Of a DNA stretch of 64,000 nt, positions 24,848-37,721 are shown piece by piece. The DNA is taken from NCBI GenBank assembly GCA_010093705.1, contig MU006094.1, forward strand, positions 1,215,550 through 1,279,549. The letters run 5' to 3'. This DNA comes from Patellaria atrata CBS 101060. Its lineage: Eukaryota. Position numbers and translations under genes: made by a program. The notes below the pieces were generated by a model. The model made no database searches and was not told where the DNA came from. It saw only the letters and a list, made by a program, of their open reading frames with translations. Numbering within the stretch: the stretch's first letter is position 1; every line of letters begins with the position of its first letter.

Positions 24848-27800
24848 CTAAACCCTAACAACAACACCAACACCCAACCCCTTCGCCTCCCTGACCGCAC
24901 ACGCCAAACATGTCCTCCCCACCCTAGCCACGACTGCATGTCTCCCCGTCTCCGCACACCAGGCCCTCGCCAACGCAGACAAGACCGGGGAATCGCGGGC
25001 GTCAAGTATCAGCGCAGGAGTGCTAGGGCTCTCTTCATCCTTCTCTTTCGACTCAGTAGCGTGACGCCTCTTCCGTTTCGGCGAGCTCCCAGCGCGCGAC
25101 AGCGCCGGCGAGGGTGGGACAGAAGTCGTGAAATCGGGGAAGAGCAGATCCGTGGCTGGAACGGTACGGTACTCAAAGTCCTTGTGTAAAGGGTGTGCGG
25201 AGACTGGTTTCGCTCTCTTCGTTTTGGACGGGGAGGTCGGGATCTCTACTACGGTGCGGACGTCCTCATTTGGGGGAGTGCAGGGGAAGGCGGAGATGAA
25301 GTGCACGTCGTATTTTAGGGTTAGCGTCCTGGTTTCCTCGTCGTTGTCTGATAAGGCGCTGGGGAATGAGAAGGTGAGATGGGCGGTATGGCTCTGGAGT
25401 CTGGTTTCCACCTCCTCTTGCTCTCTGTCTGCGAGTTCCTCGACGAAACGACTGCCGCCGGACCCATCCACGGAAGGGCAGTTGATAGTTGGATCTAGCT
25501 TCAGTCCAACAAACTGCACATCCTCTGCACCCTCAACTGGGGAACCGTCCCTTGGCATAGTCAAGTCCATTTCCTCTAGCTGACCTGGCTCAAAGTTACT
25601 CAGAAAGTCCGACTCTTTCTGGACCTTCTCCGTATCGATTCGCTTGGTGTCATTATCATCCATAGCGGTAGAGATAGCTTCGCTAGAAACATCGATCCAG
25701 CCGTCTTGCCAGCCTTCAGGAACGACGGGAACAGAAATCCAACCCATGCACTCCGCAGTCCCATCCAAGGCAGCAAGGACACGCCCGGCAACGCACGCTT
25801 TACTCCACCAACTACGGTGGCCGTAAGAGAATCCACCGTACAAATTTGCGTCGTCGCCTAGAGCTTCTATTGCAGCGCTGTCATTCTCAAGAAGGGTCGA
25901 GATTAGAAGATGGGATAGGGGTTCACCCGGCATAATGAGGCCGGTGAAATAGGACCTGCTAAGCCATCCGCCAATATCAAGAGGAGCGGTAGCTTCGTCC
26001 TTTGCTTTGATATCACTGGATGGTGGAGGGTTTATGGTTCTCAATGATGGTTGGAGCTTGAGTGAGCGTGAGGTAGCGGTTCTGTTAGGCTGAGTACGTG
26101 AAAGGGAGCCACCAAAATAACTGCTACGGTTACTTGTAATGGACCTCGGGGTACTAATTGGTGTGGCATATATGCTTGGAGATGGCATATTCTCCGCATT
26201 TGAGTCTCCCTGAAGCTTAGATACCAAGTGAGAAGACAGAAGGTCCAGATGTGGCCATGAGATGTTGGTGGCAAAATGAAGGAGGCCGTCTAGCTGCCGT
26301 GACTGGTTACGTGGAAGTAGGATAACCTCCGGTTTAGTTTCAGCAGGTTGCTGATCCTGAGTAGGATTTATTGTGAGAAATCCCCATTTCTTTGGTTGAG
26401 GCTCGGGTCGAGGAGGGGTGTATTCGATAGCCTTGACATTCTCGAGAAAGCGTCGAGCAAGAATAAGGTCCCAATCTATTTTCCGAGTTTTCAGTGATTC
26501 AAAGGAAACCACTTCCTCAGTTGTGAGGTTGATATCATTTTTAACCTCTTCTGCTGACAGAGTGGACACTACGTCCAGACGGACGAGAAGTTCGCAGGCA
26601 AGGCTGATCTGTAGTAGAAGAATATTCCGGTCATTGACTTCATCTGGACCATCAGAAGTTCCACTGTGGCCGTCCTCGGCTGTGTCCGATGACCATAAAA
26701 GTTGCCCCAATCTGATGCGCCATTCCACAAGACTAAAGTCTTTCCATATCCCCTTTAACCTGAGAGACTTGACAATATCTTCTATCTGGACCTTTAGCCC
26801 GACTGGATCTCCTGCTTGATTATCGAATTTTGGGGGAGTAAGTAGCTGACAGAAAAGTTGTGTATACATCTCTCCTATATTTTGCTTGTCTAAGAGAGTA
26901 GTCTTCATTCCACTTGCTCTGAATTCCTGATACCAAGTACCTAGCTCCTGCAGACGTTCCGCCATAAAAGTAATGTTGATTCTTCGGATGCCCAACTTTT
27001 CAGGATAGGTATGAAGGAGTTCATAATTTCGGGCTGGATCGAAGACGTCATCTTTCAACGGAGGATCCTCGTCCTCGACTCGGAGGTTGTCCGATATAGG
27101 TAACTGTAAGAAGTATTCGAAACCAACGGTTCCAGGCTCTTCACCTTGTGCACTGAGTGTATTTGGGACTTCCAACGCTGGAATAGCATAGCCCACGGAT
27201 CCTTGACTTCGACCATCTTTGTTTCCCGGCGCGCATAGGTGAGGTCTGCAAGTGACAGCGGAGAATGAGGGATGCGAGATAGATACCGAATCACTCAAGT
27301 CTTTTTTAACCAGACCAAAGTCGAATGGAAATCCCGCCTGAGGTTGTCGTCTATCCCCAGCCATATCCTTAACAATGAACTGTGAAGCTCCAGAGAATAT
27401 TTTGCGGATTCCATCCTCGCTGAGAGTACGAGATATATTCTGTTGGGATTGGATGTCCTTGCCCCCTTCTATAGTATGGCAAGCTAGACCGTCGTGAGAG
27501 GAAGGAAGGCCCGTTGGGACGTCATCATTAGGAGGAGAAGTGTCTGAAGGGTCAATGGGATCTCGCCTGCGCGACTGGGTAGGCGCTGTGGGGTCCCTTG
27601 AGTGTTCAGATGGCCGAGTGGCACTAGAATCATTGCCCATGGCCTCTTTTTCCTTATACGGCTGAAAGCCGAGATTCATTAGCAAAGACCGTCAACGGGT
27701 ATAAGGTACTTTGTACAACTCGGCCGGTTTTCGGCAACGCACCGTGATCCCATTCTTCCCTGTGTCATATGTGTCATTGCCTTTGCGCTTATTCTTACTG

Positions 27801-27913
27801 AATCCGAATATACTGCGGAATCCCCTCCGCTTCTTCTCCCATTTCTCTTTTGGTTCCTTTACGATCGGTTTTTCAAGGTCATGCTTGTTACGCTTCTTAA
27901 GCTTAAGTGGCAT
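24848..27913 (-). CDS. Large hypothetical fungal protein (~1000 aa)
   Basis: Exon 1 (MPLKLKK...) spliced via a short intron near 27663-27709 to the 945-aa ORF. Ends LARAWCA...RTCLACAVREA. Confidence 0.8.
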
Positions 27914-28579
27914 GGTATGTGTAAAAGGGTTGGGAGATGTTGGTGGGAGTATCTGTTAGGGTGAGGTTGAGAAATAACAAACTTTTCGAAAGTCATATTG
28001 ACCGGACACGTGAATAGAATACTTGTAATGTGATATGCAAGACAAAATACCAAGGCTTTACTATCCAAGATATTGTGATTTCAGACGGTTAGAAACAGGG
28101 AAACGAACCATGTGTTGTATCTGGTTGACGGTGATCGGACGTGACCCCATGTCCCTTCCACGCTATCTCATCGCCAAGCGAGTGAGACGAGCCACTTGAA
28201 GTCAGTGGCTGATCTTTCATGCTACTTCTATTTATTACTCATTATTACGGGATATCATGTATTAAATAGTACCTACAATACTCTTCTGAGGAGATACAAT
28301 AAGGTACTCTGCTCCTGCACGCAAAATAAAGGGTAATGCACAGTATAAGTTGAACTGCATTATAACTACCATTTAGATCTACTGTACCTGAGCATCAAAA
28401 GCTTAGGGCGGAGTGAACTCCGTCCTGAGTCCAGGTAGGTACAACAACTCGAAAAACTTCTACGGGAGCTTGGAGGATGTAATTCTAATCAATGCAACTA
28501 ATAAAACACATATAATGTATATACACGTAGATATATCAAGTAAATGGATGCTACATATGCTATAACGATCCCCAAGTCC

Positions 28580-31500
28580 CTACTCCACCTCTTTCCACAT
28601 CGCCTCTAACTGATACGCCCTCATCATATCCCCCGCATTGTGCGGCCGCATATTCATCGCATTATTAAACATCTCTGCACCCTGCACACCACCCGAACTC
28701 GCAAACCCATATCCAACATTACTATTTCCATAATCGTATCCGCTCCCTCCTGCCGCAGACAATATCGCATCACCACCTTGCATCATCAGTCCCGCGGAGA
28801 ACATACTCATCTGGGTCATCATCCTTATCCGACCCATTGCAAGGATCTGCTTCATCTCAGGTATGACCTGTAGATATATGTCGGTTCTGTGCTTCACGGC
28901 CGCTTGGAAGAAATCCCAGTCGTCGTTTGCGCAAGCGGTACGCCAGTGTGCCCGTAGCTTACCGTACATGTGGCAGACGCCGTTGTCGACAGAAGGTTTG
29001 TACTGAACTTTATCTGCAAAGCGGGTTCCGGTCATGACTTCTTCATAGCAGGACAGACAAGCGGTGAAGTAGTCCTTGGAGTCACCATAGAAAGCTCGTC
29101 CACTGACGTGTTCGGAACGTGGACAAGGTGGTAGATTAGCGTATTTGCGCAGAGTTATGGATAGAGGGGAGAAATTGTTGGTAGTAACGGCTATTTGAAG
29201 TTTCTCCATATACAACTGGAATCTCTGCATCTTTGGATTCAAGTCACACATCCGTGCGCTTCCTGGGGCGTAAGTGACGTCCTTGAAGAAATGGGCGAAT
29301 CCAAGTGGCTTTATCACTCCCGTATAGCATGCTAAACAGATATCGAAGTTCTCACACCCTTCAGCTAATGTGTACCACTTATCCCTTTCGGTTGCTTCAT
29401 GAGAACATTGACTATTGGCCAACACCCTAGCACTTTCAAGAAAGATATTAAAGTTCTTTTGCTCGATAACCTCGCTCCAGGCTACGCATATCGGTGGCTG
29501 CCAGAAAACGCAAGCCCATGTGGTCCCCTGGGGGAGTGTATCCGTCCGTAGCTGGGTAAACTGCGAGGTGAACTCCGTAAATATGATATTATCTGAGTAA
29601 CAAGTCTCGCATATTGCTATATTATCGATATGTTGAACTGGTCCAAACCATTTCCGTGAGTTAGGATCGACGTGTTGAGATCCAGTACACTTTGGTAAAC
29701 AGGCACGGTCATTCAGCGACCGAGCAAAAGCCGGCCAGGAATTCTGCTTTGCGCATTCCTTCAGTGCTCTATCCACAAGCTTAACTCCAAACTCACACGC
29801 CAGAGGTGTTGGTTTGGAGGGGTCTGGGTGGCCTGGCTTGAAGTATGGCTTGAAATTTGTTGGAGCTATCCTATCCTCGTAGCAAGCTTGACACGCTGTA
29901 AATCTGTAATCAAGGCCTTCAGTGGTAGTGTACCAGGTCCGCTCCGAAGCAACCAACTTAGGGCATTCAGGGATTTTCGGGCGAGACTCCATGAAAGTCT
30001 TCAACTCTGTATCTGATTTCGACTCGGTAGTTTTACTCCAAAGTTGAAGCATTCGCGGTGTTTTGAAATAGCATCTGGTAACCGTGCCCGAAGCCATAGT
30101 TCTACCTTTGAAGAGATTACCATACGGGCTACGGTATATGTAATCATTATAGCACTTCGAACAAACAAAGAAGCCAAGGCATTCCAGATGCGTGTACCAG
30201 ATACCTTCGAAATCGGTAAAATCTCCTTCCGGACAGTACCGTAGAACATCTCGAGGTGCCTCAGCATCGGCATGGGGCCCTGGTACGGGGAATTTTTGAG
30301 GTGCTGGTTTCGTCGACTGTTGAGCGTTAGCACTAGAAAGTTTTTGAGTCGCTTCTGGTAAGCGATTAGTAGCCGGAGGTGGTGATGGAGGATGAGCAGG
30401 TAATTCTGCAATAAAGCTTGGGGGAGACGCTACAGTTTGCAACGGAGTATTAACATTTACTATAGGCATGCTTGGATATTGGTCAGAGTGGGCTGAATTC
30501 GGGTTGTGGGGTACCGGAGGCTGTTTCCACTGCTGTTGAGTTTCATATACCTGTGGATTCATGCTTGAATCATTCGGTATGCCGAGAATCCCCTGTTGTC
30601 CGACAGGGTTGGGTGTGCTGGGCGTGCTAGGTGTACTTCCAACTCTTCTGCGGGGTATGAGATGATGTTGCGGAGTTGGTCCTTGGACTGGAGGGGTATA
30701 CATAGGATACCCAGAATTTGGTGAGTGGTGAGTCTGTTGTAAGTTCTGAATGCCTGAGCTTTCTGGGCTAAGGGGAGTTGGTTGCTGCCATTGCTGCTGC
30801 ATCTGAGAAACATGCTGCTCAGGATTTACGTTATTTAACATCACAGGATCGTTCTGTTGATGATTTAGTATTTGTGGATCCCCTATGATTGAATATGATG
30901 CACCAAGCGGTTCGTGGTGTTGTGCTTGGGCCAAAGGAGTTTGCAGATGATACACTACAGTGCTTGGGGAATAGTTCTGGGACCAAGTTTGAGCTCCTGG
31001 AGTCTCCGGGCTGGTGGAAAGCTGCTGCAACTGCTGCTGTGTATACGGAACTTGTGGTTGAAGAGTCTGATTGCCCCCTGCCTGGTGCTGCAGGCCTAGT
31101 GAGGTCTGTGAACTTCCCATAATAGGGGGCGATCCAGGAGATGGCTGAGAGTTTTGGGTCTGATGGTTGATATTCATCGCAGAGAGACCATGCTGTAACT
31201 CCGTTAAGGGTCCCGAACTTAGTGATGATGCAGGAGCTTGCTGCCTCTGTTGCTGGGTTCGATGTTCGGGCAGTTGCTGGTTGATGTTCTCCGGATATGG
31301 GTCTTGTTGTTGGCCGTAGCTTACCCGTGAGATAAGCGGAGATGCAGTGGGTGCTTGAGGTCTCGTCGTTGGCGGTTGATGGTTTGTACCCACGTATGCC
31401 TCTTGTTGAGGACGTTGGCTTGGGGCCACGGGAGTAGTTTGAGAACCGGTTACGAGTGGCTGGTTCATTGCACTATTCATATATGAGTTCTGTTGTTGAC

Positions 31501-32413
31501 CATATAGGACCTGTTGGGCTCCTCCAATTGATGGAGATCCAGGGATGGGTGGTTGCCATTGGTGTTGAACTTGGGATGCTTGTGGTTGATGGTTTATATC
31601 AGTCACATTTTGACTTTGGTGTTGTGCAGATGTTGCTCCAGAGCTTGACGATGATAAATCTGGTTGTGGGGTATGAGATTCTGGTGTTTGATGACCTGAA
31701 TTAGTTGTATGTAGATGCTGTTGTTGCCCATATGGTCCCTGTGGAGGTACCGAACTTAGAGGAGAGAAAGGTGTGGGCGGCTGCCATTGCTGTTGGACAT
31801 GGGAAATAGGTGGTTGATAGCCTGTATTATTTACTGTTGAAGCCGATAGTTGGCCATATACAATCCCCGAGCTCTGGGAAAATGCGTCTGGCGATTGGCT
31901 ATCAGATATCTGTGGTTGGTTTCCCGTATTCGTCACAGGTTGGCTTTGATATTGACCATACTGTGATCCAGGGCTTGGTGATGATACAGGAGCTATCTGC
32001 TGCCATTGTTCCCCTTGATATAATTGCTGCTGATACTGCACCTGTTGTCCATTTACCGCTGGATATGGTGGTTGCTGGGTAAACTGTTGCGGAACCTGCT
32101 GTCCAGGGGGAGGACTGGAGTATGCATACTGTGGCTGAGAAACTTGCTGCCACTGCTGTTGGCCAGGCGATTGATATGGTGGGTTAACGTATGAAGGTGC
32201 ATAAACTTGGGGCGTTGAAGTGTAAGAACTATACTGTTGCTGCACTGGAGGGTGTTGGGATGAAGACACCTGATATTGGCTCTGGGCAGCGCCAGACGGG
32301 CCCTGCAGGCGATTCCCAACTTGCCCAAGTGTTTGCGTTGCTGACGCCGCAAGCTTGGTTGCTTGCTCGCGCCAGTTGGAGAGGCCAAACTTGGACTTCT
32401 TACTGAAGTCCAT
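28580..32413 (-). CDS. 1277-aa protein: Q/P-rich disordered N-half plus five Cys-rich repeats
   Basis: Uninterrupted ORF with repeated W/F-Y...CxxCY...C modules in the C-terminal half. Confidence 0.85.
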   Translation of the reverse strand: MDFSKKSKFGLSNWREQATKLAASATQTLGQVGNRLQGPSGAAQSQYQVSSSQHPPVQQQYSSYTSTPQVYAPSYVNPPYQSPGQQQWQQVSQPQYAYSSPPPGQQVPQQFTQQPPYPAVNGQQVQYQQQLYQGEQWQQIAPVSSPSPGSQYGQYQSQPVTNTGNQPQISDSQSPDAFSQSSGIVYGQLSASTVNNTGYQPPISHVQQQWQPPTPFSPLSSVPPQGPYGQQQHLHTTNSGHQTPESHTPQPDLSSSSSGATSAQHQSQNVTDINHQPQASQVQHQWQPPIPGSPSIGGAQQVLYGQQQNSYMNSAMNQPLVTGSQTTPVAPSQRPQQEAYVGTNHQPPTTRPQAPTASPLISRVSYGQQQDPYPENINQQLPEHRTQQQRQQAPASSLSSGPLTELQHGLSAMNINHQTQNSQPSPGSPPIMGSSQTSLGLQHQAGGNQTLQPQVPYTQQQLQQLSTSPETPGAQTWSQNYSPSTVVYHLQTPLAQAQHHEPLGASYSIIGDPQILNHQQNDPVMLNNVNPEQHVSQMQQQWQQPTPLSPESSGIQNLQQTHHSPNSGYPMYTPPVQGPTPQHHLIPRRRVGSTPSTPSTPNPVGQQGILGIPNDSSMNPQVYETQQQWKQPPVPHNPNSAHSDQYPSMPIVNVNTPLQTVASPPSFIAELPAHPPSPPPATNRLPEATQKLSSANAQQSTKPAPQKFPVPGPHADAEAPRDVLRYCPEGDFTDFEGIWYTHLECLGFFVCSKCYNDYIYRSPYGNLFKGRTMASGTVTRCYFKTPRMLQLWSKTTESKSDTELKTFMESRPKIPECPKLVASERTWYTTTEGLDYRFTACQACYEDRIAPTNFKPYFKPGHPDPSKPTPLACEFGVKLVDRALKECAKQNSWPAFARSLNDRACLPKCTGSQHVDPNSRKWFGPVQHIDNIAICETCYSDNIIFTEFTSQFTQLRTDTLPQGTTWACVFWQPPICVAWSEVIEQKNFNIFLESARVLANSQCSHEATERDKWYTLAEGCENFDICLACYTGVIKPLGFAHFFKDVTYAPGSARMCDLNPKMQRFQLYMEKLQIAVTTNNFSPLSITLRKYANLPPCPRSEHVSGRAFYGDSKDYFTACLSCYEEVMTGTRFADKVQYKPSVDNGVCHMYGKLRAHWRTACANDDWDFFQAAVKHRTDIYLQVIPEMKQILAMGRIRMMTQMSMFSAGLMMQGGDAILSAAGGSGYDYGNSNVGYGFASSGGVQGAEMFNNAMNMRPHNAGDMMRAYQLEAMWKEVE

Positions 32414-33055
32414 CCTTCACAGTTATCGTGAAATGATCATAGTCGAATCTCGAGAGACTTCGGAACAATGATCTTTACTACTTTCCCGTTCGAAGTTTTA
32501 CGAGTTCCCCGTCCGGTGAAGCGCCTTCAGCTGCCAAGGGAATGGCTGGTGCGCTTCGTTCTAGACTATAAATCTTCATATTCATCAAAGTTCCTATTTT
32601 TTCAGAATTGTATACTTCGTACCTATAGCAGCAAGATTTTGCCTTGTTCGACTATATGTAAGACGATTCCGGGAAGGTCCAGGAAGCGGATCTTTAACAT
32701 CAGACGTGTATTTGCTTCTCTAGCACCAGACGATAAGGAACAGGTAAGTCAATAGAACTACAGGGGAAGGCGTATCGAGGCGCACTCTATAGGACTATAA
32801 GGTACTGGGTATAGTTCTATATTCGTTCAGCCGGGTCTATCTAACGTAGAATTCCTGATTTCTCCGTTTCCCATTTCTCGTTATCATTTAAAATCGTAGT
32901 CCTCTCCTTTTTAGTCCCGTCCAAAGCAATAATTCGCGATTTACGCCATCATAAAGATCCCTTCCCAAGAACTTAAAATATCCGGACTCCCTGCTGGATT
33001 TTGGCCTGAACTAGCAAGGCCAATTCGAAATGAATAAAACATCTCCAATTCAATC

Positions 33056-34433
33056 TTACATGATGGAGACTGGCGTCTGATCAAAATATAATTTCGAAGG
33101 TACCGAATAGTCCGAATTTCTGATTGCTACGCTCATATACCAACAAATCCCGCGAAGGACCACCATCCACCACGCTTGTTCTACGACACCCTCGCTTTTA
33201 AACGGCTCTCTCTGTCTTTGTGACCTCTTTTCTTCGATCTCTGAGACAAAACGAGGCAGGCAGCCACTAGATCGAGATATGGGATGTGATTATCGTTATT
33301 GCATGTGTCGAAAAAGTTGGTCGTCCAATCATGAATCTCGCGGAGCTCTTGAAGGTATCTCAATTTGACTCCTGTGTCGACGAAGATTGGCAGTGATATC
33401 GCGTTATCCCACCGTTTGCAATAGAAATCATCTCTATATTTCTTTTCCAACTCTTGGAGACGGAAAAGAATAGGTCTCAGCAGTCTCTTGCCTTCTTCAT
33501 TTTGCCACACATGCTGTTCCAGTCCGTTGAGAAGGGTCTCTCTACACTCCCAGAAGAGAAAGGCACTTAAGTTGATATTAGTAAGACCTGGGTGTGCCAT
33601 TAGATTGAGTGCGGAGTCGAGAGAGGGCATGAATGGACACATTAGAGCTAAAAGATCGTTAAGAGGAAAGTTTATGGGTGAATCCTAGCCTTTGGACCAC
33701 AGTTGTTCTAGTTCCTCCTGGGCAGACATGGCCTCGGCCGTCCTTCGGTTGACACCCATGCTGGTCAATGTTGAGAGTAACGCGTTTGTACCTTTATCAT
33801 CCTTTCCTCTGTTCAGTTTAATGTCACGTAGTCCCAACCGACGATGACCGGCCGTGTAGCATCCACCGGCATGAGGTCCCAAGTACGCTCACGATAGATG
33901 ACACCGATGTTAGTAATCTCGTATTGGTGAATATTTTCATTGCGAGAAGTAGTTGTCGGTTCCAAACTCTTCTGGCTCTTTCGCGCTACTGTGGATTTTT
34001 GCTGCCGATGGAGCTGTCGAAGAAAAGATATCCACGTAACCGTATCTCCGCTATATTCCTCTAGTCCAGACTTCTCATCAGATAGATGGACGCTCCCATA
34101 GACCTCCGGTGGTAGGTTTTTTGCATTCAAGCCAATCACTCCCCGCACAGGTCTTTGTCTTATGGACAGCGGTCTGGAAGGCTCCTCGTCTGCTTTGATA
34201 GAAGCGTCATAGAGCACAATTTCAGGCGTCGTAAATTTCGTCTCGAACCGGAATTGACTCCAACGCCAGACTAAGCGTATCCGTCTTGCCCAAGGGCCGA
34301 TAACAGATTCCTGACATCTTCGATATCCATCAGCTGTGCCGAATATCTGCGCTAACAACCGTCCCTAAGCTATAGAAAGCGCAGTTAGACCAACGACGAG
34401 CGCTGCAAGAGCGACTGAGGTTTCGCTAACCAT
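33056..34433 (-). pseudogene. Modin-like gene, degenerate
   Basis: N-terminal TM, then QIFGTADGYRRCQESVIGPW...WRWSQFRFETKFTTPEI. C-terminal WWMVVLRGICW...VPSKLY...PV. In-frame TAG near 34366 and several frameshifts. Confidence 0.7.
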
Positions 34434-35015
34434 TTTAGAAGGTTAATTGTAACATCACAGCTCTCGGGTGAAGTGTAAGTATGATGTTGATTCAGAATAC
34501 AAGTCCAGCCCAGCGAGATGGGGTGTCTCGTGGGGGCTAGTAACCAGGATCCAATCGCAGATCTATGGCACAAAATCCTACTATTATTAGTCTCTGATGT
34601 TATTTCAGCTATTACCATCTCAGCTTTTGGTGGTGTTGCGAGAATGGGATCATCTGCACGCGAGCGTCGACCCCTGTCTGTCAGTTAGTCCTTCGGATCT
34701 TAGAGACTCCGAAACATAGCCACTGAGCCAAGGAATATAGAATTCGATCGAAACCTAGATTTTAAGCTTACTTAACACTGCAATCGACGGGTGACGTAGC
34801 TAGGCCACCAACAGTCCACTAAATCCCTGCAATCCACCAACTCTTGGCGAACGTTGTCGATTCAAGGTCAAGGCCCCGAACGTTGACACCCTGTCTCCTT
34901 TGTTTCAAACGATGCAGCCACATATCCTCGAGGCTGAATACTCTCGATTTGAAATCATTGTAGCCATTGATGCCACGCAGCATGCTCAGCAGCATACCTA
35001 AGGGTATCTTGCTTC

Positions 35016-36067
35016 CAGTGATGGCCGTGGATTGGATCTGGACTGGATCGACCCCTGATCCAGATCCAGTCCAGGTCTTGGCCTCTAATCCAATCCAAAT
35101 CCAGTCCAAATCCATCAAATCCATGATTTTTTGTATGAGGAATCCGTTCCTCTATTCGATAGGCCCGTTCGAAGTGCTTGAGTATAGGTGTTCGTCCGTT
35201 TTGAGTACCTACTAACACTCAGCTATCCCGGGGCGATCGGGATGATTTTAGAGATTTTATGGATCTAGATTGGCTCGTACGTAAAGTCCTTCTTGATATC
35301 AAGACACAACGTACAGTAGAAATACGAATTCTTATTGACCTCGCTAATAATCTCGTAGCCTTTTGACCATATATGCGACGTCCTCTTCTTCTTCCGATCT
35401 ACCATTGTAGCCCCCGAGCCCTTTAAATACCACTTGCTGCGGATCCGTATTCGTTCTGGGGGGAGGTGGGGTGAGGGATCTCGTCGGAGGACTCTGAGGA
35501 TTCGATATATTCAGGAAATTGATGGGAAGATTCGCCACCGCTCTCAGCATCACCAGCCGGACCTTCCTCCGGCTCTCTAGTCGAAGATTCGGCTGTAGCC
35601 TGAGTATGCTGAATCTTCGACCCCTTCTGACGACGAGGTCTTTTGGTAGGCCGAAGAGCTTCTGTATCATCCTCTTGAGTCTCTCTAAGCTTCTTCGATG
35701 GCACGGCAGCCCGGGCAGACGAACGAGTAGTAACAAAGCGGTTCATATCAATTAGAGATGAGATAGTTGGTATACAATAGATTTAGGAATTTTGAAGATT
35801 TGGTTTGGGAGATTTACAGTCAAAACTCAAGCAGAGAGCACCATATGGCTGATGCTCTGGCCTACTTCCCCCATTACATTACCCAAAACAACACCTACAA
35901 CACCATTTTTTTTAAGATATCTACAACTATAATATGGATCTGGATTTCCTGGATTTTTTGAGCATCGAATCCAAATCCAATCCACGACTAGTCGAATCCA
36001 AATCCACGTCAAATCGCGTTGAAAATCCAGTCCAGATCCACCTGAATCCAATCCACGGCCATCACTG
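35016..36067 (-). mobile_element. Non-autonomous hAT transposon (1052 bp, internal deletion derivative)
   Basis: Perfect 22-bp TIR CAGTGATGGCCGTGGATTGGAT. 8-bp TSD CTTGCTTC at 35008-35015 and 36068-36075. Subterminal ATCCAA/GGATT repeats. Remnant ORFs 35344-35746. Confidence 0.95.
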
Positions 36068-36434
36068 CTTGCTTCTTGTGCAGCTTTTTGTCGAGAGGCT
36101 CTAGAGCCGTATCCTTGGTTGGCTTTGTTCCTGTATACTCTTACAGTACTAGACGTAGTACAGTAGTAGCGGCAGTGTTCATCTTCAACCATATCCAACG
36201 CCGGAAGAGGGTTCGAAAATGGGCTCTCAAAGGCACTAGGCATCCTGAATCAGGGGGCAGATTTTGGTCCTGAAGGCTAAGCAACGGATGGTACGCATCC
36301 GATGAATAAGCTCATTGAGAGAGCTCTGGCATTAGCATACTTATACACATCAAGAACACGTGTCTGTGCTTCTTCATTGACTTGCTTGTTACTTTCTCCT
36401 AACTCCAGGATTCAACCCACATTTCGCCGCAACC

Positions 36435-37014
36435 ATGTCTGGTCCATGGACAACCTCCACACAACTGGTCGAGAACCCGCTAGATTCAACTCTGCCAGGC
36501 TACTTATCATTCGATCTTCTAGATCATCTTGATCCGGTAGAACCCGTACTTGATATCACGCCTGGCACACTCAGTATGCCAAGCGATACAACCTTCGACT
36601 GGTCTAGCGGCATTGATCCTACCCTCCTACTGTCTGAACCGGATGCTTTCGTCATCGAAACACCCCCAGGAGATGACAATACTTCCAGCAAACCTGCAGC
36701 CGACGAGCAAAGCCTCAGAGAAGCTATACTACAGCTTGGACACAGCATGGAAGCGAGGCTAGCGCAGATAGAAGATAGCCTAGGGCTAATGGGTCAGAGA
36801 CTGACAAAAGTCGAAGACGCCAAAGAGACACAGGATACTGAGTACGTTGACACTTCCCTCTGTGCACGTAAGTTCTTCTGGCTGACAGTATGAAAGAATG
36901 CAACAACGTAAGGAGCAAATTCGGGCAGAGTCGAAGAAATTGCTTGATGACATCCGTGAGTATCACAATCTCATGAATTTGACAGCCAAACAATTGGTTG
37001 GGCCAGTCAAATAA
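36435..37014 (+). CDS. Small hypothetical coiled-coil protein
   Basis: ORF 36435..36893 with probable intron 36842..36896, stop at 37012-37014. Confidence 0.55.
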
Positions 37015-37367
37015 GCTTAGGGTACTATTCCTCAATGTAATTACCATAGAATTCGGGTTGATTTAGCTGGGTGGATCGTTGCAATGACAACTCTGTTTCT
37101 TCCAATGCTCATGTCGAATGAACACTCATATTTTCTCTCTTTCCAGTTCGACATCCGAGCAGGACAGCGTGGCTCAGGGCCCTGAAAACGGGACAAGATG
37201 CTCGCAGAGTGGCTCGAGGGCCCAAAATCGGGTAACCTTTGTGGCATGAAGTGGTGTGCAGTAGTAGTATAACTCTTCGAGATTGGACTTGCCCTTGGTT
37301 CACGAATATTCACAATTCTTGTGCCCAAAGAAGGTTCACCATCAGAACCAGAATTCTTCACAACATC

Positions 37368-37721
37368 ATGCTGAGTTACAACAAGCTTAAGAGTCGCCCC
37401 ATAGCTAATACTGACTTACCCCCAAAGAACAATGTTAGTCAAGCTTCACGCAAGCAGGGCACTCACCCGGCGAGCGATACACCTTCAAAAAGGATAGAGT
37501 CGGCAAAGAAAATGCCTACCCCAGATATTTCTATCATACAACAACAAAGGGAATGGGAGAACACTCAGCTCAGGAAAGAACTTCAGTACCAACGAAGAAA
37601 GCATGGTGCCAGCATGTATTTACTGGAAGAGGTTCGACTTGTGGTCAAATCTCTTCAGGAGGCACTTGTCAATTTCGAGAAGCTGAACTCTGAATCTGAA
37701 TACGAAGTGACGGATGAGTGA
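37368..37721 (+). CDS. Small hypothetical coiled-coil protein
   Basis: ATG 37368 within ORF 37239..37721; ENTQLRKELQY...LLEEV..VVKSLQEAL heptads. Confidence 0.6.
   Translation: MLSYNKLKSRPIANTDLPPKNNVSQASRKQGTHPASDTPSKRIESAKKMPTPDISIIQQQREWENTQLRKELQYQRRKHGASMYLLEEVRLVVKSLQEALVNFEKLNSESEYEVTDE

Noticed and set aside
34819..36243. ORFs with repeated LDWIWI (34819, 34955, 35827)
   Set aside because: They are translations of hAT subterminal repeats, not genes.
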